Shown here piece by piece: positions 28,917-37,720 of a stretch of DNA of 64,000 bases (position 1 is its first letter; the number at the start of each line of letters is the position of its first letter). The notes below the pieces were generated by a model. The model was not told the DNA's origin and ran no database searches. It saw only the letters and a program-made list of their open reading frames with translations. The DNA comes from a virus. The DNA is taken from the IMG/VR virus record IMGVR_UViG_3300012677_000092, one strand, 5' to 3'. The translations under genes were made by a program, and so were the position numbers.

Positions 28917-30288
28917 GCTGTACCTCCCATCTTGAAATAAGGATAGCTGCTAATCCGCTCAACAGCACTGTTATCAGGCTACCTATAGTTTTATATAGGG
29001 ACAGGTTATAAACGTTCCCATAGGCGAAAATAGGAAGCCCTACAGCCAAGGCAGCAAGCACCCCTATAATAATTCCTCTTGCAGTCAATTTGACTTTGCT
29101 TAGAGTAAGGATTGTCGGGAGTAGGGTACTTGCCCGGAGCGTACCGTAAAAAAGAAATAAATGTGTTACCGTTAATCCGGGGATACTTGCTATTAACAAT
29201 CCGGCTATCAATAAGAGAAGCATTGATAACCTGGATATTTTGATACTGCTTTTCTTAAATATGTCTGTTGTCAAAGATGAGATAGCGCATAAATTACTGT
29301 CTACTGTAGACAGCAATCCGGATATGACCATAAATAAAAAGGGTATCATTACCCATTTAGGAAAACGATACAGAATGTATTCCATATTCACCGTTCCAGT
29401 ATCGGCAGGGGAAAAGCCTGTGCCAGCTGCAATAAATCCGATAATGCCCATGCATAAAGGTACTATTCCAAAAAGGACAGCACCTAAACCGAATGCCTTA
29501 CCAATTTTACCTTCTCGGATAGAGAATGCCCTTTGCCAAAAGCATTGATCTCCGAACGGACCGGAAATTAAGCCGATAACAGATGGCAATCCGAATCCCA
29601 GGAGTATCTCTTTTCCTTTGGTAGAGAATAAACTTGTATATTCTCCGCTTTGTCCACCTAAACCAGATAATAAGTCTGATACACCATTTCCTTTTATTAA
29701 AATGCAGGCAGCCAGTCCAATACCGGTTAATAGGATAAATACCATTTGCACTGCATCCGTTGTGACAGATGCTTTGATGCCGGAAAATTGAGAATAGGAA
29801 AAAGCAATAACAGCAAGGGCAATTATCATTGTAGAATATGGTAATCCTGTTATTATACTTAGCATTTTCCCACCGGCCAGTAACTGAACTCCAGTTGAAA
29901 AAACAGACAAAGCCATAAGTTGAAACAAATATACCCGTCTTACACCATTGGAATTGTACTTCTGCTTCATGTAGCCAGATAATGTTATCCCCTTTGGTAG
30001 CTCTTCCCTAATGCTTTTTGCAAATGGGATAAATAAAATAAGGCATAATACATTCGGTACCAGAAACCAAAACAGTCCAACGATACCTTCTGTAAATGCC
30101 TTTTCAGTTGATACAAATAATGCCGGCGCCCAAATCCACGTTGTTGCTATACTAAGAGCGGATTTAATCATACCCATATTTCTATCTGCAACAAAAAAAC
30201 TCTCGGCATTCTTTTCCCTTTTTGTAAACAATACAGTAACTGCAATCATAATGATTGCATAAATAATTAGGACTATTAGTCCATTCAT
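28897..30288 (-). CDS. Sodium:solute symporter (SSS/SLC5) family transporter
   Basis: About 13 hydrophobic segments, FFVADRNMG, TWIWAPAL, SGIKASVTTDAVQ, DQCFWQR, SGLLSTVDSNL motifs; start at ATG 30288 with GGAGG RBS. Confidence 0.9.
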   Translation of the reverse strand: MNGLIVLIIYAIIMIAVTVLFTKREKNAESFFVADRNMGMIKSALSIATTWIWAPALFVSTEKAFTEGIVGLFWFLVPNVLCLILFIPFAKSIREELPKGITLSGYMKQKYNSNGVRRVYLFQLMALSVFSTGVQLLAGGKMLSIITGLPYSTMIIALAVIAFSYSQFSGIKASVTTDAVQMVFILLTGIGLAACILIKGNGVSDLLSGLGGQSGEYTSLFSTKGKEILLGFGLPSVIGLISGPFGDQCFWQRAFSIREGKIGKAFGLGAVLFGIVPLCMGIIGFIAAGTGFSPADTGTVNMEYILYRFPKWVMIPFLFMVISGLLSTVDSNLCAISSLTTDIFKKSSIKISRLSMLLLLIAGLLIASIPGLTVTHLFLFYGTLRASTLLPTILTLSKVKLTARGIIIGVLAALAVGLPIFAYGNVYNLSLYKTIGSLITVLLSGLAAILISRWEVQHESYTR

Positions 30289-30371
30289 TAGCAATCCTCC
30301 TTCAAATTTTATAATCGAAGGGGCATATGCTTCCCACTTTATGTTCACTCTCCTTTCCGGTAAAGATTGCA

Positions 30372-30406
30372 TGAAAAAAGAGCTGTCAGCACATTACCAA
30401 ACAGCT
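30372..30406 (-). terminator. Hairpin plus U-run in the leader of the symporter gene
   Basis: Minus strand gagctgt...acagctc followed by TTTTTT. Confidence 0.6.
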
Positions 30407-30542
30407 CCTTGATGTATAATTAAAATTTTACAGATACAGTTTAACACAGGTCATATTGTAAAGGCAATGTAATTATTTTGTAGAAAGCGGTTTGTATGTA
30501 ATTACATAAAATCCTCCTATGATTTTTCTTTTATTCCTTCTT

Positions 30543-31457
30543 TTACTGTATTCTTGAATAATGATCCTTTAATAAATCAATCCATTTGTGTATCAATTTA
30601 AGCATTATTCTACTATTTAAATCTTTAAACTCTCCCAAATAATTTAACGAAATTATGCCTATCGACTCTGCGGCATATATTGCAGGCGTATCAATTCCAT
30701 ACATCTCAGGACCTATACCAGTTGCAACTTTTTTATAATTTCCAAACCTACGTAGAGTTCCTTCGGTACAAGCATGTATCGCTATACTTGCAGACTCATA
30801 GGTTTTTTTCCAATGCCGGTTCTTATGCTTGCATTTATTAAAAATTGCATTGAATGTTATATAATTTTCTTCCGGATATCCTTCAAAGCAGGGCAAACTC
30901 CTTGCCCAATCATAGTAATTTTTAGAATCTTTGTGCTTATAAAATTTTTCACCAGCCTCTTCCCCATTTTCTGCAATAAATTGAGACAGAACTCCAAGTT
31001 CATATAAGGTCCTCCATCTAGCCCAAGCACCATCTGCAAGCCCCGCAGATACAAGGGTTATAACCTCTAAGTACACTTGGCACCCTCTTATATAAATTTC
31101 ACTAAGACTTTTCATTAAAAAAGAATTGCCTTGGTTTCTTTGATAGCTTTGTAATATCTCTTTACACATATAATACATTATCTTAGATAATCTTAATGCC
31201 TTTCCCCATTTATCTATGAATTTTCTATAAAACTCCTCATCGCCTCTTTCACTATTTTCTATTATAACCCTTGCATTACTTTCAAAATTATTACAATACA
31301 TTTCTGCAGAGACATCAATTATGCCTAAAGATAGTTCTGTAAAATAAGTTTTATCAAATTTATCAATTATCTCTTCTTCACTACGGCCGATTTCTATTTC
31401 ATCGGATAACCACTTTTCCACTGATTCCATAAGATTATCCATGTGTTTATCATTCAT
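30543..31457 (-). CDS. DUF5677-like protein, AT-rich moron
   Basis: EVITLVSAGLADGAWARWRTLYE helical motif; visibly more AT-rich than neighbours. Confidence 0.55.
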   Translation of the reverse strand: MNDKHMDNLMESVEKWLSDEIEIGRSEEEIIDKFDKTYFTELSLGIIDVSAEMYCNNFESNARVIIENSERGDEEFYRKFIDKWGKALRLSKIMYYMCKEILQSYQRNQGNSFLMKSLSEIYIRGCQVYLEVITLVSAGLADGAWARWRTLYELGVLSQFIAENGEEAGEKFYKHKDSKNYYDWARSLPCFEGYPEENYITFNAIFNKCKHKNRHWKKTYESASIAIHACTEGTLRRFGNYKKVATGIGPEMYGIDTPAIYAAESIGIISLNYLGEFKDLNSRIMLKLIHKWIDLLKDHYSRIQ

Positions 31458-31565
31458 TCTTCTTATCTCCTTTTTTTATTTAATAATACACTTTTATTCA
31501 CCAACTATCAATATTCAATTATCAATGTACTGTAATTTTTTCTTTCGAGCAGAAACCAGCTTCTG

Positions 31566-32159
31566 TTATAATAATTTTAATCCATCCACACCAAATATAA
31601 GAGCAGATAGACGCTCGATCGCAATACGGCTGTCAGAGTAAACATTTTCTTTTGACATATTCTGTTTTTTTGCAATCTCTTTTACATTTAATACTTGATC
31701 TGCAATATACATATCGTATATAACTTCATACCTCCTTCTATCCAACTCATTTGCCGATTTTTCGCAAAAAGATTCATACAAAGAAAGCATAGTATCAATA
31801 TGAGTGACAATAATTGCCGTTCTGGTCGCACTTCTTTTTATTGAATCAACTATTACTTCATCATCATAAATGTTCATCATGCTGCAGAGAATATCCGCTG
31901 CTGATTCTTTCATTTGGCTCCTGCCAAAAATAGAGCTGTCTGCATTTTCCCTAAGCATATGATAATTTCTCATAAGAAGTTTTGTATTATGCAGCCTTTT
32001 ATCAATTGCTTTATTATGCATTGTCTTACGTTCAGCATCCAATGTATTGATTGCCGCTTTAGCCCCAACCTCGGCTGCTTTGCTGCACAAGCTGTCTAAT
32101 TCTTCTTTTGTAAGTGTAACCAGAACAACTTCTCTTTTTATTTCTTTCTTAGTATCCAT
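31566..32159 (-). CDS. Late transcriptional activator-like protein (ArpU/RinA position)
   Basis: C-terminal HTH (KEIAKKQNMSKENVYSD) at the end of the early region. Confidence 0.6.
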   Translation of the reverse strand: MDTKKEIKREVVLVTLTKEELDSLCSKAAEVGAKAAINTLDAERKTMHNKAIDKRLHNTKLLMRNYHMLRENADSSIFGRSQMKESAADILCSMMNIYDDEVIVDSIKRSATRTAIIVTHIDTMLSLYESFCEKSANELDRRRYEVIYDMYIADQVLNVKEIAKKQNMSKENVYSDSRIAIERLSALIFGVDGLKLL

Positions 32160-32258
32160 ATGCGCCCTCGCCCTCCTAAAATATTTAAATATTGAGTTTT
32201 TAAACAAAATAAGTTATAATATTTTTGTCTTTGGGGGAGTTGCGAAAGCACTCCTCTT

Positions 32259-32462
32259 TTACTTTGGAATGATACATGGGAAATCTCCAAGTGCCATTTG
32301 ACCCGGAATATTTTCAGACGTCCTATGTTCCGGATCTATCGGTGATGTTCTTATCTTTTTCATCTTAACAATTTCTGCAATCTCTGCCCAGCATACCGGT
32401 CCATAACCTCGTTCGATGCTTTTTGAATCCTTCAATTTTCTTCCGCATTTATTGCACACCAT
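32259..32462 (-). CDS. Small zinc-binding protein (DUF6011-like)
   Basis: CNKCGRKL...SIERGYGPVC. Confidence 0.7.
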   Translation of the reverse strand: MVCNKCGRKLKDSKSIERGYGPVCWAEIAEIVKMKKIRTSPIDPEHRTSENIPGQMALGDFPCIIPK

Positions 32463-32682
32463 CTTTCTTCGCCCTTTCTCTGCTCATGAAATCATCCCAC
32501 GTCTCCGTATCAAATTCATTCCGTTCTTCATTGAATGTCAGGTGTAGGAATGTATTGCAATCATGGCAGCTTCCATGACCCATATTAAAGCCGAATCCAG
32601 TCATCATAATAGATTTACAAATCCATAACTCTGCCCCACAAACAGGGCAAATGCCCTTATATCTTGGTCTATTATCTTCCAT
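32449..32682 (-). CDS. Small Cys-rich hypothetical protein
   Basis: CPVC and CHDC motifs, RBS. Confidence 0.55.
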   Translation of the reverse strand: MEDNRPRYKGICPVCGAELWICKSIMMTGFGFNMGHGSCHDCNTFLHLTFNEERNEFDTETWDDFMSRERAKKDGVQ

Positions 32683-33107
32683 CAGCTACCTCCATTCATA
32701 CTTGCTCTTGACCAGCGAGTGATCTTTACAGGATCAAAAGCCGCATTGCAGACAGGACAATGTGGATGGCAGTTATCTTTCAAATAGTGTGCCTCCATTT
32801 CTTTGAAAATAGAGTTTTTCATCCTTCTTTTTAGCTCTTTGTCTGCCATTTCCCCAAACATCACCGACTTATCATGTGCTTTTCGTTGATAATCTGTATA
32901 TAGGATCATCCGTTCTGTCAGGGTCACAAGAACATCAAAGGCATCAATTACCGCTCCACAGTCTATGCACATTACAATTCTGTTTACTGTATCTACCTCG
33001 TAGTGTGGTGTTTTACACTTACAGAGTTTTTCCTTACCCTTGTTAACCTTGCAAAGATTGAAAGAAATTATTTTATTTTCATCCGTTACTATGTATGGAT
33101 TATTCAA
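32682..33107 (-). CDS. Hypothetical zinc-binding phage protein
   Basis: CKCKTPHYEVD, CIDCG, PHCPVC. Confidence 0.6.
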   Translation of the reverse strand: MNNPYIVTDENKIISFNLCKVNKGKEKLCKCKTPHYEVDTVNRIVMCIDCGAVIDAFDVLVTLTERMILYTDYQRKAHDKSVMFGEMADKELKRRMKNSIFKEMEAHYLKDNCHPHCPVCNAAFDPVKITRWSRASMNGGS

Positions 33108-33118
33108 TATTCTACCTC

Positions 33119-33907
33119 CTACATTTCTAATGATTGTTTAGTTTCGTCAATGTATTTGATAGCATTCACAAGCTTTACTTTCAAATCATCTAATTCCTTA
33201 GGATAAGTCCTAGATAATTCTTCATCCAGTTTTTCAACCAAATCATCTCTCCACCATGAAACAATTTTATGTTTTTTCAAAACCTCCTTAATATCGTGTA
33301 GTAAATCCAAATCCTCCTTAGAATGTTTGAGTAAATCAAGTTCTTTCTGCATTTGCGCAATATCTTTTGCCATTTCACTACCAAAACAATAACCAACATT
33401 TCTCCGATCTTTCTTATCCGTTAAATAGTCTTTAGCATATTGTAGCCGGTTATTTCCGTAAAAAGGAATCCTATCACTATCCAGCTTATTCATGATGATG
33501 TACATAAGCAGCTCTGCACTCATCTCTGTATCTGCTTTGTAAAATGCCTTTTTTACTTTCCTGATACTCTTTTTGTCAGGATCGTAGTACATGAGTCCCA
33601 CGTTGTCAGGTACTTCTGTTTTTTTAATCAGCCCCTTTGGGACAACAAAATAGAATTCGTGGCAATACTGTAGATACAAATGCCATTTACCATCTTGTAA
33701 AAAATCTCCACGACTTACCTTTATTTCATAAATGGTTATCTTGGGATTGGTCCAGCTCTTATTAATTGCCAACCCATCAAATTTGAGCAACCCTTGTCCT
33801 TGTGGGAAATAAGTTGAACCGTTTTTACATTCTGTTATGAAAAACTCTTTATATCCGTGATATTCTGACAAGGCTTCCTTGACATCCATTGCTGTAACTT
33901 TTTGCAC
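33119..33907 (-). CDS. MmcB-like PD-(D/E)XK family protein
   Basis: FDGLA...YEIKVSRGDF...YLQYCHEFYFVVP. Confidence 0.65.
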   Translation of the reverse strand: MQKVTAMDVKEALSEYHGYKEFFITECKNGSTYFPQGQGLLKFDGLAINKSWTNPKITIYEIKVSRGDFLQDGKWHLYLQYCHEFYFVVPKGLIKKTEVPDNVGLMYYDPDKKSIRKVKKAFYKADTEMSAELLMYIIMNKLDSDRIPFYGNNRLQYAKDYLTDKKDRRNVGYCFGSEMAKDIAQMQKELDLLKHSKEDLDLLHDIKEVLKKHKIVSWWRDDLVEKLDEELSRTYPKELDDLKVKLVNAIKYIDETKQSLEM

Positions 33908-33936
33908 CTTTTAGCCCCCAATCTCATAAGCAAATT

Positions 33937-34107
33937 TCAATTTTTCGTCTCTGAGTATCCAATATGTACACCCAGCTCAAATGTTTCACACATACCATCT
34001 TCGTTTACAGCTACAGTATCCTTTTCCAGTATCTGCATACAATTATCCTCAAAGTAGTGCTTGCATTTGGAATTCCTGCAAAATATACCTCTGACTTTAT
34101 TTGACAT
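33937..34107 (-). CDS. 56-aa Cys-containing hypothetical protein (not in ORF track)
   Basis: MSNKVRGIFCRNSKCKHYFEDNC..., GGAGG RBS, fills the gap exactly. Confidence 0.6.
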   Translation of the reverse strand: MSNKVRGIFCRNSKCKHYFEDNCMQILEKDTVAVNEDGMCETFELGVHIGYSETKN

Positions 34108-34110
34108 TCT

Positions 34111-34482
34111 TTATCCTCCTTGAAATCCTTTTGGCTGTTCTGTTTCAATCATTCTCTGTCCGCAAAAAATACATTCTGACATACTGTAAGGCATTTCTCC
34201 GCAACGAGGGCATTTGGGATAATAGGAAACATAGTCACCTAGACCACACTGCGGTTCCCATTCCATAGGCAAAGGCTTTCGTAATCGTCCGATCGGTACC
34301 ACGAACAGTTCACGTAATCTTTGTTGACTCTGACACTTTTTGTCGAAACGTCTTCTTTGCCTATCAAAATATTTATGTCTTATCTGCTTTTCTTTCTCAG
34401 TGGCCGTCTTCCAGTCGAATTTACTTCCAATGCTATAAAAATAACGTTTTATTTTATTCATTCTTCCTCCGCTAAATTTCAT
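34111..34482 (-). CDS. Hypothetical protein with C-terminal zinc ribbon
   Basis: CPRCG...CIFCGQ. Confidence 0.55.
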   Translation of the reverse strand: MKFSGGRMNKIKRYFYSIGSKFDWKTATEKEKQIRHKYFDRQRRRFDKKCQSQQRLRELFVVPIGRLRKPLPMEWEPQCGLGDYVSYYPKCPRCGEMPYSMSECIFCGQRMIETEQPKGFQGG

Positions 34483-34767
34483 TTAGTTACTTTCTTGAAG
34501 TATCTCTACTCCTATTACAAGTCTTAAAAAATACCTCCCATCAGCCGTCACTCGATACCAATTATCTGAGCTTTTTTCAGCAAAGCCAATGGAAACCAGT
34601 TGTTCCCATGATTCAACATCCTGCGGTCCTGTATTATAATAATTTCTATATGGTTCATACTTCCTGTGCTTTGTGCCACGTACTTTTCTGTTGTCAAATC
34701 CAATTGCATGTTTCATGTCTGATATTTGCTTATATGTAATATTTTCATATATAGCACTGCTTACCAT
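34483..34767 (-). CDS. Hypothetical phage protein
   Basis: MKHAIGFD...YRNYY...WEQLVSIG. Confidence 0.55.
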   Translation of the reverse strand: MVSSAIYENITYKQISDMKHAIGFDNRKVRGTKHRKYEPYRNYYNTGPQDVESWEQLVSIGFAEKSSDNWYRVTADGRYFLRLVIGVEILQESN

Positions 34768-34820
34768 ATTCTTTCCTCCACTAAAGATTAAATTAGTTAC
34801 ATAATGTTCAGTTTAATTAA

Positions 34821-35246
34821 TTAAAACCACTTCATATTACATTTATTATCAATACAATCTTTTACAATCTCTTTGAAATCTCTGAACATAGCGCAATCTT
34901 CTCTTCCGCAATATCCATAGCAGATATTATCATCATAATCTTTTATGACATTACAAATCTGTTTGCATTTTTCAAAAGATATCTGTCCACTAAAATCGGA
35001 AGCATATAAGAAATCTAATATCCCATGTGGAATGTTATGAGTGTCAGCTAATTCAGATATTTTTTTATTATATTTTTTAAAGAACTTTTTCTTCGCTTCG
35101 CCTGACAAGAATATTCCGTTTTTTATGTCTCTGTAATGCTGACCAATTTCATTTCCTGTTAATTCAGCTACCTTTATCCTTAAATTGTTAAATCCACCAT
35201 ACCCAAGATCTATTGAGTAATTTTTTGATTCTATTGTTACTCCCAT
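34821..35246 (-). CDS. Hypothetical phage protein
   Basis: RBS, operon packing. Confidence 0.55.
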   Translation of the reverse strand: MGVTIESKNYSIDLGYGGFNNLRIKVAELTGNEIGQHYRDIKNGIFLSGEAKKKFFKKYNKKISELADTHNIPHGILDFLYASDFSGQISFEKCKQICNVIKDYDDNICYGYCGREDCAMFRDFKEIVKDCIDNKCNMKWF

Positions 35247-35250
35247 TTTA

Positions 35251-36309
35251 TTACCTACCTTTCATTTGCACTGGAAGAACTATCGCCTGCATTTCGCTGT
35301 TTTCAGCTCTGACTAACATTGGCATTTTCCCACCACCAAATGATAGTGAAATATCTTCACTGGTGAAAGCTTTCAAGGTTTCCAAAACCAGCCGGGAGTT
35401 GAACCCTATTAACAGCTTATCCATTGACTTCTGTAACTGGATAGTTTCGGAATAGTCTGCCGTACTATCCTTGATACTCAATTTTAAAGTATCTCCTTCA
35501 ATATCAAATTTTGTAGGTGTCATTTCATCCGTACAGAGTTTTGCACGAACAATAGCATCTAGCAGCTCCGATCGCTTTACTTCCGTTTCCATAGGAAGAT
35601 TGCTAAACATTTTTGTATAGGAAAAATAGTTCCCATCTATCAGTCTTGTATATACCTCATATTCCTCGGATCGGAAGATAGCACTGAATTTATCATAATC
35701 AATTGAGATTTCCCCGTTCATTTCCAATGATAGCAGTTTTTCAACAGCTCCCCTTGGTATTAACAGTTTAAATTTTCCATCAAAATCCTGTTGATCCCAG
35801 GCAAGTACATGACCGTCCAGACCTACAAAATTAAGTTTCCCTCCAACGGCTTCCAGACAAAGAGCTGTCATAAGTACGTTGCTGCTTTTCACCGGAATTG
35901 CATATAAAACATGTGCCATGGATTCTTTCAATAAATTACTCTTGATCTTTGTGCTACCTCCTCCTTCGGTAATATGATTTGTAGAATACAAATAATCTTC
36001 AGCCGGGAAACTATGATAGGAATTTTTAATCTTCCCAGTCTTAATCGTTAAAATATGCTTATCATCTTCCGTAAAACTAACTACCCCTTCTGGTAAGTTT
36101 TTAATCAAATCAAATGCCTTAGACGGTATGATGAATGATTCCCCCTCTACACCCTCTAATTTCGCCTTGATGGTCATCTCTCCATTGCTTGCTATTAAAT
36201 AACCATCCTGAACCAAAATACCCATTAATGAAGGATTATTGCTGCTCTTTGGTACTATACTTTTCAGTTTATCAATCTTCTTTGCCAGTTCTGTTTTCTC
36301 AATCAACAT
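35251..36309 (-). CDS. dnaN: DNA polymerase III beta sliding clamp homologue
   Basis: 352 aa; LDGHVLA, RLIDGNYF.Y, IGFNSRLVLETL, IVLPVQ. Confidence 0.85.
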   Translation of the reverse strand: MLIEKTELAKKIDKLKSIVPKSSNNPSLMGILVQDGYLIASNGEMTIKAKLEGVEGESFIIPSKAFDLIKNLPEGVVSFTEDDKHILTIKTGKIKNSYHSFPAEDYLYSTNHITEGGGSTKIKSNLLKESMAHVLYAIPVKSSNVLMTALCLEAVGGKLNFVGLDGHVLAWDQQDFDGKFKLLIPRGAVEKLLSLEMNGEISIDYDKFSAIFRSEEYEVYTRLIDGNYFSYTKMFSNLPMETEVKRSELLDAIVRAKLCTDEMTPTKFDIEGDTLKLSIKDSTADYSETIQLQKSMDKLLIGFNSRLVLETLKAFTSEDISLSFGGGKMPMLVRAENSEMQAIVLPVQMKGR

Positions 36310-36850
36310 TTATTTCCACTCCTTCCAACATTAACAATGTTCCCTTTTTTTCTGTCAGCCTGTATCGCTCCAGTTCATTTAGTTTCATATACTTTCTTCC
36401 GTACTGTCTTTTCATATCCCGGAATACCTTCCAAGGCACCCTGTAAAAGCTTTGGAATCCCATTGACACCATCACGAAGCACTGGGCGCCCATCCTCTGA
36501 AAGTCATCAAAGTTCTGCCGCTGCGTTTCGGTAACAACATCTTCTCGTATCCGATCACTGTCCGTGTGTTTTGCTTCGAAGATTATCGCCGTTCCATCAC
36601 ACAACACCCCTTTATAGTCTGGTTGAGCCTGTTTTTCAAAACAAGCTATGTATTGCCCTTTACCTCTTTCACCATATGGTTTCAAAGGACGCATGGGTTC
36701 CGGCGTTTTCTCCACAATTGCCATTCCCTTTTCACGGTAGTAGCTACAGGATGCGTCCAGCATTCCTTCAAACATTTCGCCGGCAGCTTTGGAACGGCGG
36801 CCGGCAAGTTGCCGTTTTATATCAGTCAAGATATCCACCTTCTTTTGCAA
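36299..36850 (-). CDS. recU: RecU-like Holliday junction resolvase
   Basis: KTPEP, PDYKGVL...FEAKHT. Confidence 0.85.
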   Translation of the reverse strand: MQKKVDILTDIKRQLAGRRSKAAGEMFEGMLDASCSYYREKGMAIVEKTPEPMRPLKPYGERGKGQYIACFEKQAQPDYKGVLCDGTAIIFEAKHTDSDRIREDVVTETQRQNFDDFQRMGAQCFVMVSMGFQSFYRVPWKVFRDMKRQYGRKYMKLNELERYRLTEKKGTLLMLEGVEINVD

Positions 36851-37094
36851 ATCTCTTTAATTTATCCACCGTTCCCGGACCTATCCCGGGGATGATTCCA
36901 TGAGTAGATAGTGGTTCAAAAAAATCCTTTATATCTCTACCCTTTTTTGCTTCATTCCTGCCCTCACTTCTGGCTTTTTCCACACGGTCTTCTACGTAAT
37001 GAACTAACTGTTCATCTGTTAATTTCCGTAGTTTTACCGCTTTTTCATGAATTATATTTTCATCATTCGTCCTGCGACAGCTTCTTTTTTTCAC
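36822..37094 (-). CDS. Hypothetical phage protein
   Basis: AVKLRKLTDEQLV...GIGPGTVDKL. Confidence 0.55.
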   Translation of the reverse strand: MKKRSCRRTNDENIIHEKAVKLRKLTDEQLVHYVEDRVEKARSEGRNEAKKGRDIKDFFEPLSTHGIIPGIGPGTVDKLKRFAKEGGYLD

Positions 37095-37720
37095 TCTTCC
37101 TCCCCCTCTGCTTCATTATCTCCCACTTCAACTATGCGAGCCGCCCACATGTCGGCCCAATGGATTATCATGCTCAATGCGGTTTCTTTGCCGGAATAGG
37201 TGTACTTTAATACACTGTACATCCCGTTATGATTCAATATTGCATAGCTTTCGTCCTCTGTCAGTTCAATGAATTGGGAGGCTATCTGTATCCCCCTGAT
37301 TTCGTGCTCTACAGGAATCAGCTCCGGGTTCGTAACAAATGGCTTTTTGGGGGATTGATAAGGTTCGGGAGCCGGATTCGCCTTAGTCACCCTCCCCTTT
37401 AACATGTTGGGTACATAGTTTGGCTTCCCGAACTGCCCCATTTTTCCAAGGTCATGTAACAATGCTGAAATAATGACCGAATTTCTCCAATATTCAATGT
37501 GCGGCTGCTCATAAAACGTATGTAATAGATTCATAGCCATATCGCATACGTTCAAACTATGCTCTGCCAGTCCGCCCTCATATGCCAGATGATAACTGCC
37601 GCTACATGGAGAAGAGAAAAAACCGTTCTCCTCCATATGTTCAATAAGTCTTTCCATGCCCGGACGTTCCGTTTCTAAAAGTAATACAACAATTCTTTCT
37701 TTAATTTCCATATCATTCAT
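37091..37720 (-). CDS. HD-domain phosphohydrolase
   Basis: YHLAYEGGLAEHS, LLHDLGK, HWADM. Confidence 0.85.
   Translation of the reverse strand: MNDMEIKERIVVLLLETERPGMERLIEHMEENGFFSSPCSGSYHLAYEGGLAEHSLNVCDMAMNLLHTFYEQPHIEYWRNSVIISALLHDLGKMGQFGKPNYVPNMLKGRVTKANPAPEPYQSPKKPFVTNPELIPVEHEIRGIQIASQFIELTEDESYAILNHNGMYSVLKYTYSGKETALSMIIHWADMWAARIVEVGDNEAEGEEE

Noticed and set aside
30340-30480. Metabolite riboswitch (e.g. preQ1) in the symporter leader
   Set aside because: Only a simple terminator-like hairpin is evident; I could not match any aptamer consensus. An Rfam/Infernal scan would settle it.
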